Origin: Dehalococcoidia bacterium
Lineage (GTDB): Bacteria; Chloroflexota; Dehalococcoidia; Plut-88900
Length of the DNA stretch: 64,000 nt
Reading direction: 5' to 3'
Assembly (NCBI GenBank): GCA_965249275.1
Contig: CBDFLQ010000006.1
Coordinates: forward strand, 1 to 64,000
Below the pieces are notes generated by a model. That model was not told where the DNA came from. It saw nothing but the letters and a program-made list of their open reading frames with translations, and did no database searches. Shown in pieces: positions 48,573 to 57,607 of this stretch (within the stretch, counting starts at the first letter, position 1; every line of letters starts with the position of its first letter). Made by a program: the position numbers and the translations under genes.

Positions 48573-49865
48573 GTGCGCGTTGAATTGGCCTACGGAACCA
48601 AGGGCCTGACCATCGACCTCCCCCCCGACCGAACCACGGTCATTGAACCCGCCTACCCCGCCCCCCTCCCCGACCCCGAAGCCGCCATCCTTCACGCTCT
48701 CCGCGACCCAATAGACTCTCTCCCACTCCGGCAACTTGTCCGCGAGTCCCAATCCGTAGCCATCTCCGTCTGCGACGTGACCCGGCCCGTGCCTACGGGC
48801 ACGATCCTCCCAGTCCTGCTCGGAGAACTGAGCCACGTCCCCAAGGACCGGATAACCATCCTGGTCGCCACCGGCACTCATCGATCCAACTCTCGTGAGG
48901 AACTCGAAGGGATGCTTGGGCCCGAGATTGTCAGAGACTATTCCGTCGTCTGCCATAGCGGTTTCGATCCCGACTCCCTCGTCCCCGCCACCCCACCGAT
49001 CGATGGCGTACCGGTCCTCCTCAACCGACGCTGGGTGGAGTCCGACGTCCGCATAACCCTCGGACTTGTCGAGCCCCACTTCTTCGCTGGGTTCAGTGGC
49101 GGCCCCAAGATGGTCGCACCCGGCCTCGCGGGCGTTGACACCATCATGAAACTCCACTCCGCCCCCCTCATCGGCCACCCCGACGCCACGTGGGCCGTCA
49201 CCGAGGGCAACCCCGTCCACGACGCCATCCGACGCATCGCTCGGGACACGGGTGTGAGCTTCAGCATCGACGTGACCGTGGACGACGCACATCGCATCAC
49301 CAGCGTCCATGCAGGAGAGCTCTTCGCCGAGCACGCTTTCGCTTGCGCCTTCGCACGTGATGTCGCCATGCGCCCCACCCCCGAACCCTTTGACGTGGTA
49401 ATCACTACCAACAGCGGCTATCCCCTGGACCTAAACCTCTACCAGGCCGTGAAAGGCCTCTCCGCCGCCGCCCAGGTCGTTAAGCCCGGCGGCTCGATAA
49501 TCTGCGCCGCCGAATGCCGGGACGGCATCCCCGATCACGGCGACTACAAGTCGCTTCTCACTTCCCGCCAAACCCCCGCCGACTTGCTGTCGATGGTCGA
49601 GGCCCCTGGATTCTCCCGCCAAGACCAATGGCAGGTCCAGATACAGGCTCGGCTCCAGCTAAAGGCCAACGTCTACCTTAAATCCGACTACCTGACCCCC
49701 GAGCAAATAGAAGCAGCCCACATCCATCCCATCTCCGACCTGCAGGCCACGGTGGATGAAGTTATAGATTCCTACGGCCCCGAGGCCACCGTTTGCGTGC
49801 TGCCCCAGGGGCCTCAGACCATAGCTCACGTCGACCAGCCTATGCCGGCCGGCATGAGCGCGTGA
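48573..49865 (+). CDS. larA: Nickel-pincer-dependent lactate racemase family
   Basis: CDVTRP, ATGTHR, EPHFFAGFSGGPK, GYPLDLNLYQAVKG; GTG start. Confidence 0.9.
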   Translation: MRVELAYGTKGLTIDLPPDRTTVIEPAYPAPLPDPEAAILHALRDPIDSLPLRQLVRESQSVAISVCDVTRPVPTGTILPVLLGELSHVPKDRITILVATGTHRSNSREELEGMLGPEIVRDYSVVCHSGFDPDSLVPATPPIDGVPVLLNRRWVESDVRITLGLVEPHFFAGFSGGPKMVAPGLAGVDTIMKLHSAPLIGHPDATWAVTEGNPVHDAIRRIARDTGVSFSIDVTVDDAHRITSVHAGELFAEHAFACAFARDVAMRPTPEPFDVVITTNSGYPLDLNLYQAVKGLSAAAQVVKPGGSIICAAECRDGIPDHGDYKSLLTSRQTPADLLSMVEAPGFSRQDQWQVQIQARLQLKANVYLKSDYLTPEQIEAAHIHPISDLQATVDEVIDSYGPEATVCVLPQGPQTIAHVDQPMPAGMSA

Positions 49866-49875
49866 GGTTCTTATC

Positions 49876-52125
49876 ATGACCAACATCTACCGTTTCACTG
49901 ACGACTGCGAAGACAAAGCCCTCCTCGGCAACAAGGGCGCCAATCTCGTCACCATGACCCGGCTGGGCCTTCGTGTGCCACCTGGTTTCGTCGTATCTAT
50001 TGACGCTTTCAAGGAATACAGGGACAGTAGCACCCTTCCCCTTGACGAAATCGACGAGGCCCTCGCCTGGCTCTCTGAAAAGTTGGGCCGCTCCTTCGAT
50101 AATGGTCTCACGGTATCCGTCCGCTCCTCCGCGCCCGTCTCCATGCCCGGCATGATGGACACCGTCCTCAACGTTGCCAGCCGGGAAGAGGTCCTTTCTT
50201 GCTTGAAGACCGTCTTAGGCTCCTGGGACAACCCCCGAGCAAATGAGTATCGACGCCTTCACGAAATCCCCGGAGATATAGGCACCTCCGCCGTCGTCCA
50301 GTCCATGGTCATGGGCAACCGGGACGAGATGTCAGGCACGGGCGTCATCTTCAGCCGGAACCCGAGCACCGGTGCCCGAGGCCTCTTTGGAGAATATCTG
50401 CCCGTCGCCCAGGGCGAGGACTTGGTGTCGGGCGTCAGGACCCCACAGAGCATCGACGCCCTTAAAAGCCAGATGCCCGACGTCTATGAGGAACTGGAGG
50501 GCCTCTCCCGAGACCTCGAACAGCATTTCCACGACATGCAGGACGTAGAGTTCACCGTCGAGTCCGGCAACCTCTTTATGCTCCAGACTCGCTCCGGCAA
50601 GCGCAGCGGCCAAGCCGCCGTCAAGATCGCCGTCGACATGGTCGAGGACGGGCTCTTAACCCGCAACGAGGCCCTACTCCGCATCACCCCCGACGACATC
50701 CGATCGCTCCTCCACAATCGCATCCAGTTCCCCGAACGCCACCAGGCCATCGCCCGCGGCCTCAACGCAGCCCCGGGCGCCGTCTCCGGCAGGGTCGTCT
50801 TCGACCCCCTGGAGGCCGTCTCAGTCGCCAAGACCTCCGGCGGCGTAATCCTCGTCCGCCCCGAGACCAGCCCCGACGACATCCAGGGCATCGCAGCAGC
50901 CGGCGGGGTCCTCACCTCCCGCGGCGGTCTCACCTCCCACGCCGCCATCGTCACCCGGGCAATGGGCAAACCCTGTGTCTGTGGCGCAGAAGAAGTTACC
51001 GTAGATCTTAAAGACCAGTCCTTCAGCGTCGGAGGTACTGTTGTACGCAAGGGCGACGTGATCACCGTTGACGGCTCCAGCGGCAGCGTCTACCAGGGCG
51101 CTCTTGCCCTCCTTGAGGCCGAGGCCACCCCCGAGCTCGCCAAACTCCTCAGCTGGGCCGACGAGACCAAGCAGATCGGCGTCTGGGGCAATGCCGACAC
51201 CGCGGAAGGCGTAGCCCTGGCCAAGAAACACGGCGCAGAGGGCATTGGCCTCTGCCGCACCGAGCGACAGTTCACCGGCAAGGAGCGGCTCGACGCCATC
51301 CGCGACTTTATCCTCAGCGATTCCCAGGAACAGGAAGAGAAGGCCTTGGCCAACCTCCGAAAACTCCAGAAGCGCGACTTCCTATCGCTCTTCAAGGCCC
51401 TCGGCGACACCCCCGTCATCATCCGCCTTCTCGACCTCCCCCTCCACGAGTTCCTGCCCGTCGAGCAGGACACGGACGACCCCAAGCTCAAACGCCGCCT
51501 CGAAGACCTCCAGGAGGTCAACCCCATGCTCGGGCACAGGGGTGTTCGACTCGCCGTCACCACGCCTCTGGTCTACGCCATGCAGGTTGAGGCCATCGCC
51601 GAGGCCCAGGCCGAGACCAGCGCCCGCGTCTCCATCATGGTCCCTCAAGTAATCACCTTGCAGGAACTCCTATGGGTCAAAAAGCACATCGAGGGGCTCG
51701 GCTTCCGCATCGGCATCATGATGGAGACCGTTCGAGCCTGCATGAGGGCCGCGCCCCTCGCTGAAGAGGCCAGCTTCTTCTCCTTCGGCACCAACGACCT
51801 CACCCAGGCCGTCTACTCCTTCTCCCGTGAGGACGCCGAGAAGAAGTTCCTCACCACCTACCTCGAAAACAGCCTCCTCGACGATAACCCCTTCGAAATT
51901 ATCGACGTCAAGGGCGTGGGTAGGCTCATGGAAACGGCTATTAGCTGGGCCCGAGAAGAGAAGCCCAGCCTGGAAATCGGCGTCTGCGGCGAACATGCCG
52001 GCGAGCCCCGCTCCATCCGCTTCTTCCACGATGCCGGTGTCAGCTACGTAAGCTGCAGTCCCTACCGCATCCCCATAGCCAAGCTCACCGCCGCCCAGGG
52101 CGCCATCCTCAACCCACGAGTCTAG
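49876..52125 (+). CDS. ppdK: Pyruvate, phosphate dikinase (compact form, 749 aa)
   Basis: GNKGANL, SMPGMMDT, QGEDLVSG, LQTRSGKR, TSHAAIV, GLCRTE, SFGTNDLTQ, CGEHAGEP. Confidence 0.92.
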   Translation: MTNIYRFTDDCEDKALLGNKGANLVTMTRLGLRVPPGFVVSIDAFKEYRDSSTLPLDEIDEALAWLSEKLGRSFDNGLTVSVRSSAPVSMPGMMDTVLNVASREEVLSCLKTVLGSWDNPRANEYRRLHEIPGDIGTSAVVQSMVMGNRDEMSGTGVIFSRNPSTGARGLFGEYLPVAQGEDLVSGVRTPQSIDALKSQMPDVYEELEGLSRDLEQHFHDMQDVEFTVESGNLFMLQTRSGKRSGQAAVKIAVDMVEDGLLTRNEALLRITPDDIRSLLHNRIQFPERHQAIARGLNAAPGAVSGRVVFDPLEAVSVAKTSGGVILVRPETSPDDIQGIAAAGGVLTSRGGLTSHAAIVTRAMGKPCVCGAEEVTVDLKDQSFSVGGTVVRKGDVITVDGSSGSVYQGALALLEAEATPELAKLLSWADETKQIGVWGNADTAEGVALAKKHGAEGIGLCRTERQFTGKERLDAIRDFILSDSQEQEEKALANLRKLQKRDFLSLFKALGDTPVIIRLLDLPLHEFLPVEQDTDDPKLKRRLEDLQEVNPMLGHRGVRLAVTTPLVYAMQVEAIAEAQAETSARVSIMVPQVITLQELLWVKKHIEGLGFRIGIMMETVRACMRAAPLAEEASFFSFGTNDLTQAVYSFSREDAEKKFLTTYLENSLLDDNPFEIIDVKGVGRLMETAISWAREEKPSLEIGVCGEHAGEPRSIRFFHDAGVSYVSCSPYRIPIAKLTAAQGAILNPRV

Positions 52126-52228
52126 AATGCCGGATGATAAATCGTCGTGGTTGCCCTCGCCAGACCACGCACACGCATGTCCACTATTGGGTATGTGGTA
52201 ACATTCTCCTTGACTGCTCGCCCCAACC

Positions 52229-52420
52229 ATGCCAAAAGTGCGAGAAGCCATACGCATCGTCGAGAGGGACGGTTGGCGGTTAGACCGGATGAAGGGCAGC
52301 CACCGCCACTTCAAACATCCCGTCAAACCCGGAACTGTCACCATTCCAAGTCATCTCGGTGATGACTTAAACATAAATACTTGGCGAAGCATCTTGCGGC
52401 AAGCGGGTCTTAGGAGGTGA
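52229..52420 (+). CDS. hicA: HicA family toxin
   Basis: GWRLDRMKGSHRHFKHP..VTIPSH..SILRQAGL. Confidence 0.93.
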   Translation: MPKVREAIRIVERDGWRLDRMKGSHRHFKHPVKPGTVTIPSHLGDDLNINTWRSILRQAGLRR

Positions 52421-52425
52421 AGGCG

Positions 52426-52776
52426 ATGAAGCTAACCTACGTGGTGGTCTTTGAACAAACTCCCAACAACTACTGCGCCTACGTCCCCGATTTGCCGGGT
52501 TGCATCTCCACCCATAAGAACTGGGACGGCATCAAGGCAATGATCAAAGAGGCCATCACCGGCCATGTTGAGATTACCCACGAATACGGCGAACCCGTGC
52601 CGCCGCCACAGATGTCGATCGAAGACGCCCTGGCCTACCACCGTTCCATCCCCAACAACTACGGTGGCTACTTCCCAACCCCCTACGACCTGGAAAAAGA
52701 GGACCCGGTCGCCATCCTGGAGGTTGAGGTTGAGGTCAACTTGGAAGGCGTTTCCGCTACCGCCGCGGGCGGTTAG
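52426..52776 (+). CDS. hicB: HicB family antitoxin
   Basis: YVVVFE..YCAYVPDLPGCIS..IKEAITGH; AGGAGG RBS overlapping the hicA end. Confidence 0.88.
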   Translation: MKLTYVVVFEQTPNNYCAYVPDLPGCISTHKNWDGIKAMIKEAITGHVEITHEYGEPVPPPQMSIEDALAYHRSIPNNYGGYFPTPYDLEKEDPVAILEVEVEVNLEGVSATAAGG

Positions 52777-52884
52777 CATTCACCTTTCCATTGACAACCG
52801 AAAAGCGAGTCCCATGGCCCCGCAGGGTATAGAATTCGCCCGTTTAAGTTCCTCCTTGGACATCCCTTCCCTCTAGACAAAGAG

Positions 52885-52965
52885 GCATAAGAAAAGCGCG
52901 GCATTCTTGATGTTCAACAAAACAGGGCGGGCGGGTGGGAACCCATTACCCCGGGGGGTTGGTGG
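52885..52965 (+). repeat. Hairpin plus CAAnAAAACAGGGCGGG element (family 5)
   Basis: CAACAAAACAGGGCGGGCGGGTGGGA vs CAATAAAACAGGGCGGGTGGACGGGA at 57381. Confidence 0.5.
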
Positions 52966-52991
52966 GGGCCTCCCCTCAACCAGCGTTCACC

Positions 52992-53927
52992 ATGACCAAA
53001 TTCACCTTCGGCATGTCCTTCCACGAGACCTACCAATACTCCCGGCAGGCCGTCATCGACTACGCCCGGGCCATCGAGTACCTCGGCTACGACACCCTCT
53101 GGATCACTGAGAACGTCCACTCCGGCGCCGACTCCCTCGAACCCCTCACCACCCTCTCCTTCATGGCCGCCCACACCGAGCACATCAACTTTGGCCCCTC
53201 CGTAATCCTCCTTCCCTTGCGAAAGGCAGTCGGGCTGGCCCACGCCGTCGCCACCCTAGACCGGTTGTCTGGGGGCCGGGTGGTCCTGGGTGTCGGGAAC
53301 GGAGGCACCGTCCCCGGCTCCTTCGAAGCCTACGGCGCATCCATCCGCCAGCGTGGCCGCTACTGCGACGAGGCTCTGGAAGTGATGAAATCCCTCTGGA
53401 CCGGCGACCCCGTAACCTTCTCCGGCAAGCTCCTTGACTTGGACAGCTACGTCCTTGGCGGACGCCCGACGGTAAATCCCCACCCTCCCATCTGGATAGG
53501 GGGCACGGCGGAAGGTGTCCTCAAAAGGGCCGCTCGGTTCGCCGACGGCTTCATCCCCCACAGCATCAGCCCCGAGCTATATCAAGACCTATGGGGCAGA
53601 ATCGAGGAGCACTGCGCGGCCATCGGCCGGGACCCGGCTTCTATAACCAAGGCCATCCAGTTCTACTTTTGCATCGACGACACGCGTGCCGAGGCGCAAC
53701 ACATCGCCGAAAAGGCCCTTGAGCACCGATATCAACGCTCCATGTCCCTCGCCCCAACCGATGATACCCACTACGCCCTCGGCGCCCCCGACGACATCGC
53801 CCGCACCATCCAGACCTTCGCCGACATCGGCGTCACCCACTTCGCCTTCTCCAACGCCCGCCCCCCGCACCAAGTCATGCCCCAAATCCAGACCCTCGCC
53901 CAACAGGTAATCCCCCACTTCCGCTAA
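52992..53927 (+). CDS. LLM-class flavin-dependent oxidoreductase
   Basis: LGYDTLWITE, ATLDRLSGGRVVLGVG, PPIWIGG, RAARFADG. Confidence 0.92.
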   Translation: MTKFTFGMSFHETYQYSRQAVIDYARAIEYLGYDTLWITENVHSGADSLEPLTTLSFMAAHTEHINFGPSVILLPLRKAVGLAHAVATLDRLSGGRVVLGVGNGGTVPGSFEAYGASIRQRGRYCDEALEVMKSLWTGDPVTFSGKLLDLDSYVLGGRPTVNPHPPIWIGGTAEGVLKRAARFADGFIPHSISPELYQDLWGRIEEHCAAIGRDPASITKAIQFYFCIDDTRAEAQHIAEKALEHRYQRSMSLAPTDDTHYALGAPDDIARTIQTFADIGVTHFAFSNARPPHQVMPQIQTLAQQVIPHFR

Positions 53928-54122
53928 CCTTTTCTTCCGTCATCCCCATCCCCTGACACGAAAATCCATCCCCTCTCCCATCGGGTATAATTGGATACTA
54001 CACGCGTGCCGACACCGGAAGATTAAAAAGACCCTACCCTTATTATTCTTCGCTAATTCTAATCCTGACAACCCTGGAGCATGATCTCGAAGCGGCGGAA
54101 CAAACCTGGAGACTTTAGCAAT

Positions 54123-56036
54123 ATGGCCAACCCTGACTCAACACGTGAAGCGGACCGGCCCAGGGGGCTGGTGAGGCGCACCGCTGCCTACTTCCGTCCC
54201 TACTGGATCAGGGTCGTGGGAATCACGCTGCTCATCCTCGTTACTGCCGGGCTCGGGGTGGTCAACCCGTTGATGATACGGGAGGTGTTCGACTCCGCCC
54301 TGTTCCCGCTGTCCGGCGCACCACCCGACCTGACCTTGCTGTGGATTCTGGCCGGGGTGATGGCCGGGGTCACCGTGGTCACCGGCGGTCTTGGGATCGT
54401 CCAGACTTACATGACCAACGTAGTGGGTCAGCGCGTGATGCGGGACCTGCGGGACCGGCTCTACAATCACCTCCAGAGCCTGTCACTGGGGTTTTTTACT
54501 GGTGCCCGCACCGGTGAAATCCAGTCCCGCATAGCCAACGACGTGGGAGGGGTTCAGAACGTCGTAACCAACACGGTGTCCAACGTTTTGTCGAACACGG
54601 TCATCGTCCTAAGCACGCTGGTCGCCATGACCATTCTCTCGTGGCAGCTTACGCTGGTGGCCGTGGGCATCGCTCCCGTCTTCTTCCTGCTCACCAAGGT
54701 AGTTGGCGACCGCCGCCGCGCGGTGACGGCCGAGTCCCAGAAGGCGGCCGCTGACATGACCGCCACCACCCAGGAGACTCTATCGATCTCCGGCATCATG
54801 CTGGCCAAGCTGTTCGGCAGACAGGGCCAGGAGAGCGGACGCTTCCACAGCGAAAACCAGAGGCTGGCCGATCTCTCCGTGCGCCTCCAGATGACGGGGC
54901 AGTTCTTCTTCGCCGTGATGCAGATATTCTTCTCCGTCTCTCCCGTCGCCATTTACCTGATAGCGGGCTACCTTCTCACCGGGAGCGCGTTGGGGGGAAT
55001 CACCGCCGGCACCCTGGTCGCCTTCACCACGCTTCAGTCGAGGCTGTTCTTCCCGCTGGGCAGCCTCTTGCAGGTGTCGGTGGAGCTCCAGGCCTCGATG
55101 GCCCTGTTCGAGCGCATATTCGGTTACTTGGACATCAGCCCCGACATTACGGACTCGCCCAGCGCGGTCAGAATGGGCCCTGGGGAGGTGCGGGGCCGTG
55201 TCTCGTTCGACTCTGTGCGCCTATCATATGGGATCGAGCCGGACAACGGTTCGGCAGACCAGCGATGGGCCCTGGATGGCGTGACCTTCCACGTTGAGCC
55301 CGGGCAGTTGGCCGCCTTTGTGGGACCTAGCGGCGCAGGCAAGACGACCATTTCTTACCTGATTCCACGCTTGTACGACCCCACTGCAGGATCGGTGATG
55401 ATTGACGGACTGGACGTCCGGGAGATTAGCCTGGCAAGCCTGGCCCGACTCACCGGTTACGTGACCCAGGAGAGCTACCTTTTCCACTCGAGCATTAGAA
55501 GCAACCTGCTCTACGGGAACCCCGGGGCCACTCAGCAGGAGATCGAAGCCGCCGCCCAGGCTGCCTACATACACGAAAGGATCATGGACTTCCCCGAAGG
55601 CTACGATACAGTGGTCGGCGAACGCGGCTACCGGCTGTCCGGGGGTGAACGCCAGAGGCTTTCCATAGCCCGGGTGATCCTTCACGATCCCCGGGTGCTC
55701 ATAATGGACGAGGCCACGTCGGCCCTGGACTCGGGAAGCGAACGCCAGGTCCAGGCGGCCCTGGAGCCGCTGATGCGTGGCCGGACTACCATCGCCATAG
55801 CCCACCGTCTCTCCACCATCCTCTCGGCAGATGTGATCTTTGCCATGGACCAAGGCAGGATCGTGGAGCAGGGAACTCACGATGAGCTGCTCAGACAACG
55901 GGGGTTGTATGCACGGCTCTACGATGACCAGTTTGAGGGTGGGCGCATTGAGTGTCGCTGCGAGGACGGGGTAGTGCTCTGCGACGGCACTATCGAGCGA
56001 TTTGACACGGCGGCTCTGCCGGTTCTCGGCAGCTAG
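54123..56036 (+). CDS. ABC exporter, fused permease/ATP-binding (MsbA/MdlB-like)
   Basis: Six TM segments; GPSGAGKT, LSGGERQR, LIMDEATSALD, IAHRLST; start 54081 or 54123. Confidence 0.93.
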   Translation: MANPDSTREADRPRGLVRRTAAYFRPYWIRVVGITLLILVTAGLGVVNPLMIREVFDSALFPLSGAPPDLTLLWILAGVMAGVTVVTGGLGIVQTYMTNVVGQRVMRDLRDRLYNHLQSLSLGFFTGARTGEIQSRIANDVGGVQNVVTNTVSNVLSNTVIVLSTLVAMTILSWQLTLVAVGIAPVFFLLTKVVGDRRRAVTAESQKAAADMTATTQETLSISGIMLAKLFGRQGQESGRFHSENQRLADLSVRLQMTGQFFFAVMQIFFSVSPVAIYLIAGYLLTGSALGGITAGTLVAFTTLQSRLFFPLGSLLQVSVELQASMALFERIFGYLDISPDITDSPSAVRMGPGEVRGRVSFDSVRLSYGIEPDNGSADQRWALDGVTFHVEPGQLAAFVGPSGAGKTTISYLIPRLYDPTAGSVMIDGLDVREISLASLARLTGYVTQESYLFHSSIRSNLLYGNPGATQQEIEAAAQAAYIHERIMDFPEGYDTVVGERGYRLSGGERQRLSIARVILHDPRVLIMDEATSALDSGSERQVQAALEPLMRGRTTIAIAHRLSTILSADVIFAMDQGRIVEQGTHDELLRQRGLYARLYDDQFEGGRIECRCEDGVVLCDGTIERFDTAALPVLGS

Positions 56037-56137
56037 GTCTGGACACGCGAGTCGCCGGGGGTTGTCTGCGACGTTCAACCATGACCCTGGTCCACACCCT
56101 CTCCCAACAAATCATCCCCCCTCCCTCCAACCAACCC

Positions 56138-56170
56138 TCTCATGCTGAGCAGCGCCGAAGGCTCGAGCGA
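56138..56170 (+). repeat. Degenerate family 2 repeat
   Basis: CATGCTGAGCAGCGCCGAAGGCTCGAGCG. Confidence 0.55.
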
Positions 56171-56204
56171 ATGCGCACTTCACCCCCCTCTCCCCCGTCA
56201 TTCC

Positions 56205-57260
56205 TGTAGATGTCAGGTAATTCGTTGACAGAATTAGAGAGATTTAAGGGTTTGCAAAGGGGTCTTTCCGTCCATTGCCTGGTGGGGTCTCTGAGTATTG
56301 TAGTAGATCAGGTATTGCTGAAGCTCGTCCTTCAGTTCCGAGACCGACTCGAAGGTTGTCCCCTCCAGCAGGTCCTCGTTCAAGGTTCTCCAGAACCGCT
56401 CTATCTTCCCGTTGGTCTGGGGCCTATAAGGGCGGGTGTAGCGGTGCTTTATGCCCAGCTCATTGAGCATCCGTTCCATGGGGTGGCCCTCGGTGTTCCT
56501 TGGGGAGGCCATCTCGGGGCCGTTGTCGGTGAGGATGGCCTCGAATTGGATGCCGTACTCCACGTTAAGGAAATTGATGGACTTCAGAGTAGCCAACATC
56601 ACGGAGAGACTCTTGATGTCTCCAACCACTTCGGCCCAGGCCAGACGGGTGAAGGCGTCGATGAGGGCCACGAGGTAGTAGCGGTGCTTAGTGCCCACGA
56701 TGGTATCCCGGCTGAGGTAGTGGCTGTCCAGGTGGCCCAGCTCTCCTGCCCGGGTCTTGATGATCTTGCGCTTCGACTGCTGCATCGGCTTTGTGAGCCT
56801 ATTGAAACCGTGGCGTCTGGTGATGGCGTAGATGGTGGAGGGCTTAGGGGTGTTGTGTTTAAGGATGGGTTTGAGTATGGCATAGATCTCGTAACGGTTG
56901 GTACCGTTAAGGCGCTCGTTGATGACCTTCTGCTCAATGTAGGGCAGGGTGCGGCGGGACTTCCACCCGGGACCCCGCTTACGGGGGAGGAAGGCGTTGT
57001 CGGAGGGGGAGAGGAGGAACCGGTTGTAGTACTTGGCGAAGGTCTGACGGCTAGTGCCGTGGAAGGAGTAGAAGTCCTGGGCGAAGCGGAAACGGGGATG
57101 CTTCCTTGCCTTGACCAGTTGATACTCATGGATGAGGAACCGCCACTTCTGAATGTAGTTCCGTTCAAGGGTGAGGTCCTTGCTATTGTCTCGCATTCTC
57201 GCCTCCAGATTGGTGTTGGCCTCTTATACCAATCTGTCAACGAATTACCTAACACTTACA
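56205..57260 (-). mobile_element. Complete IS481-family element (1056 bp) with 5-bp ATTCC target duplication
   Basis: Imperfect terminal IRs TGTAGATGTCAGGTAATTCGTTGACAGA / TGTAAGTGTTAGGTAATTCGTTGACAGA; ATTCC at 56200-56204 and 57261-57265. Confidence 0.95.
56234..57196 (-). CDS. IS481-family DDE transposase (intact, 320 aa)
   Basis: Integrase core motifs; GGAGG RBS; lies between the IRs. Confidence 0.93.
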   Translation of the reverse strand: MRDNSKDLTLERNYIQKWRFLIHEYQLVKARKHPRFRFAQDFYSFHGTSRQTFAKYYNRFLLSPSDNAFLPRKRGPGWKSRRTLPYIEQKVINERLNGTNRYEIYAILKPILKHNTPKPSTIYAITRRHGFNRLTKPMQQSKRKIIKTRAGELGHLDSHYLSRDTIVGTKHRYYLVALIDAFTRLAWAEVVGDIKSLSVMLATLKSINFLNVEYGIQFEAILTDNGPEMASPRNTEGHPMERMLNELGIKHRYTRPYRPQTNGKIERFWRTLNEDLLEGTTFESVSELKDELQQYLIYYNTQRPHQAMDGKTPLQTLKSL

Positions 57261-57340
57261 ATTCCGATGCCCCGCGAGGAATCTAGGACTTGTCCTCTCA
57301 CACCCTCCCTCGCCTTTCCTCCCTCTCCCCACTTGGTAGC

Positions 57341-57486
57341 GATATATCAGCCATGCTGCAGAGCAACATGGCTGATATATCAATAAAACAGGGCGGGTGG
57401 ACGGGACTCAACTTATCCCGGCGGGGTCGGGAGGGGCGTGTCCTACCCCCTCTCCCTCTGATGGGAGAGGGTTGGGGTGAGGGTGA
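57341..57486 (+). repeat. 15-bp-arm inverted repeat, family 5 motif and family 4 palindrome
   Basis: GATATATCAGCCATG-11 nt-CATGGCTGATATATC (57341-57381); CCCTCTCCCTCTGATGGGAGAGGGTTGGGGTGAGGG (from 57448). Confidence 0.75.
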
Positions 57487-57518
57487 TCCTCTTCCCCGGT
57501 AGGTGTGGCATAATCCCC

Positions 57519-57547
57519 TTGACCCGTGTGAACATCTGTGCTATATT
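57519..57547 (+). promoter_or_regulatory. sigma70 promoter with a LexA-type box abutting the -10
   Basis: TTGACC-17 bp-TATATT; GAAC-ATCT-GTGC at 57530-57541. Confidence 0.62.
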
Positions 57548-57607
57548 CACACCCAGGCCTGACACCCCACGTCGGCCCTAATCAAGGAATAGGACAAAAG
57601 GAGTCCC

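Noticed and set aside
1-57260. 57-kb composite transposon bounded by inverted IS481 copies
   Set aside because: Copy 2 has its own target duplication and rebuilds an intact repeat, and the enclosed genes resemble those outside. Independent insertions are simpler, though IS-mediated inversion cannot be excluded.
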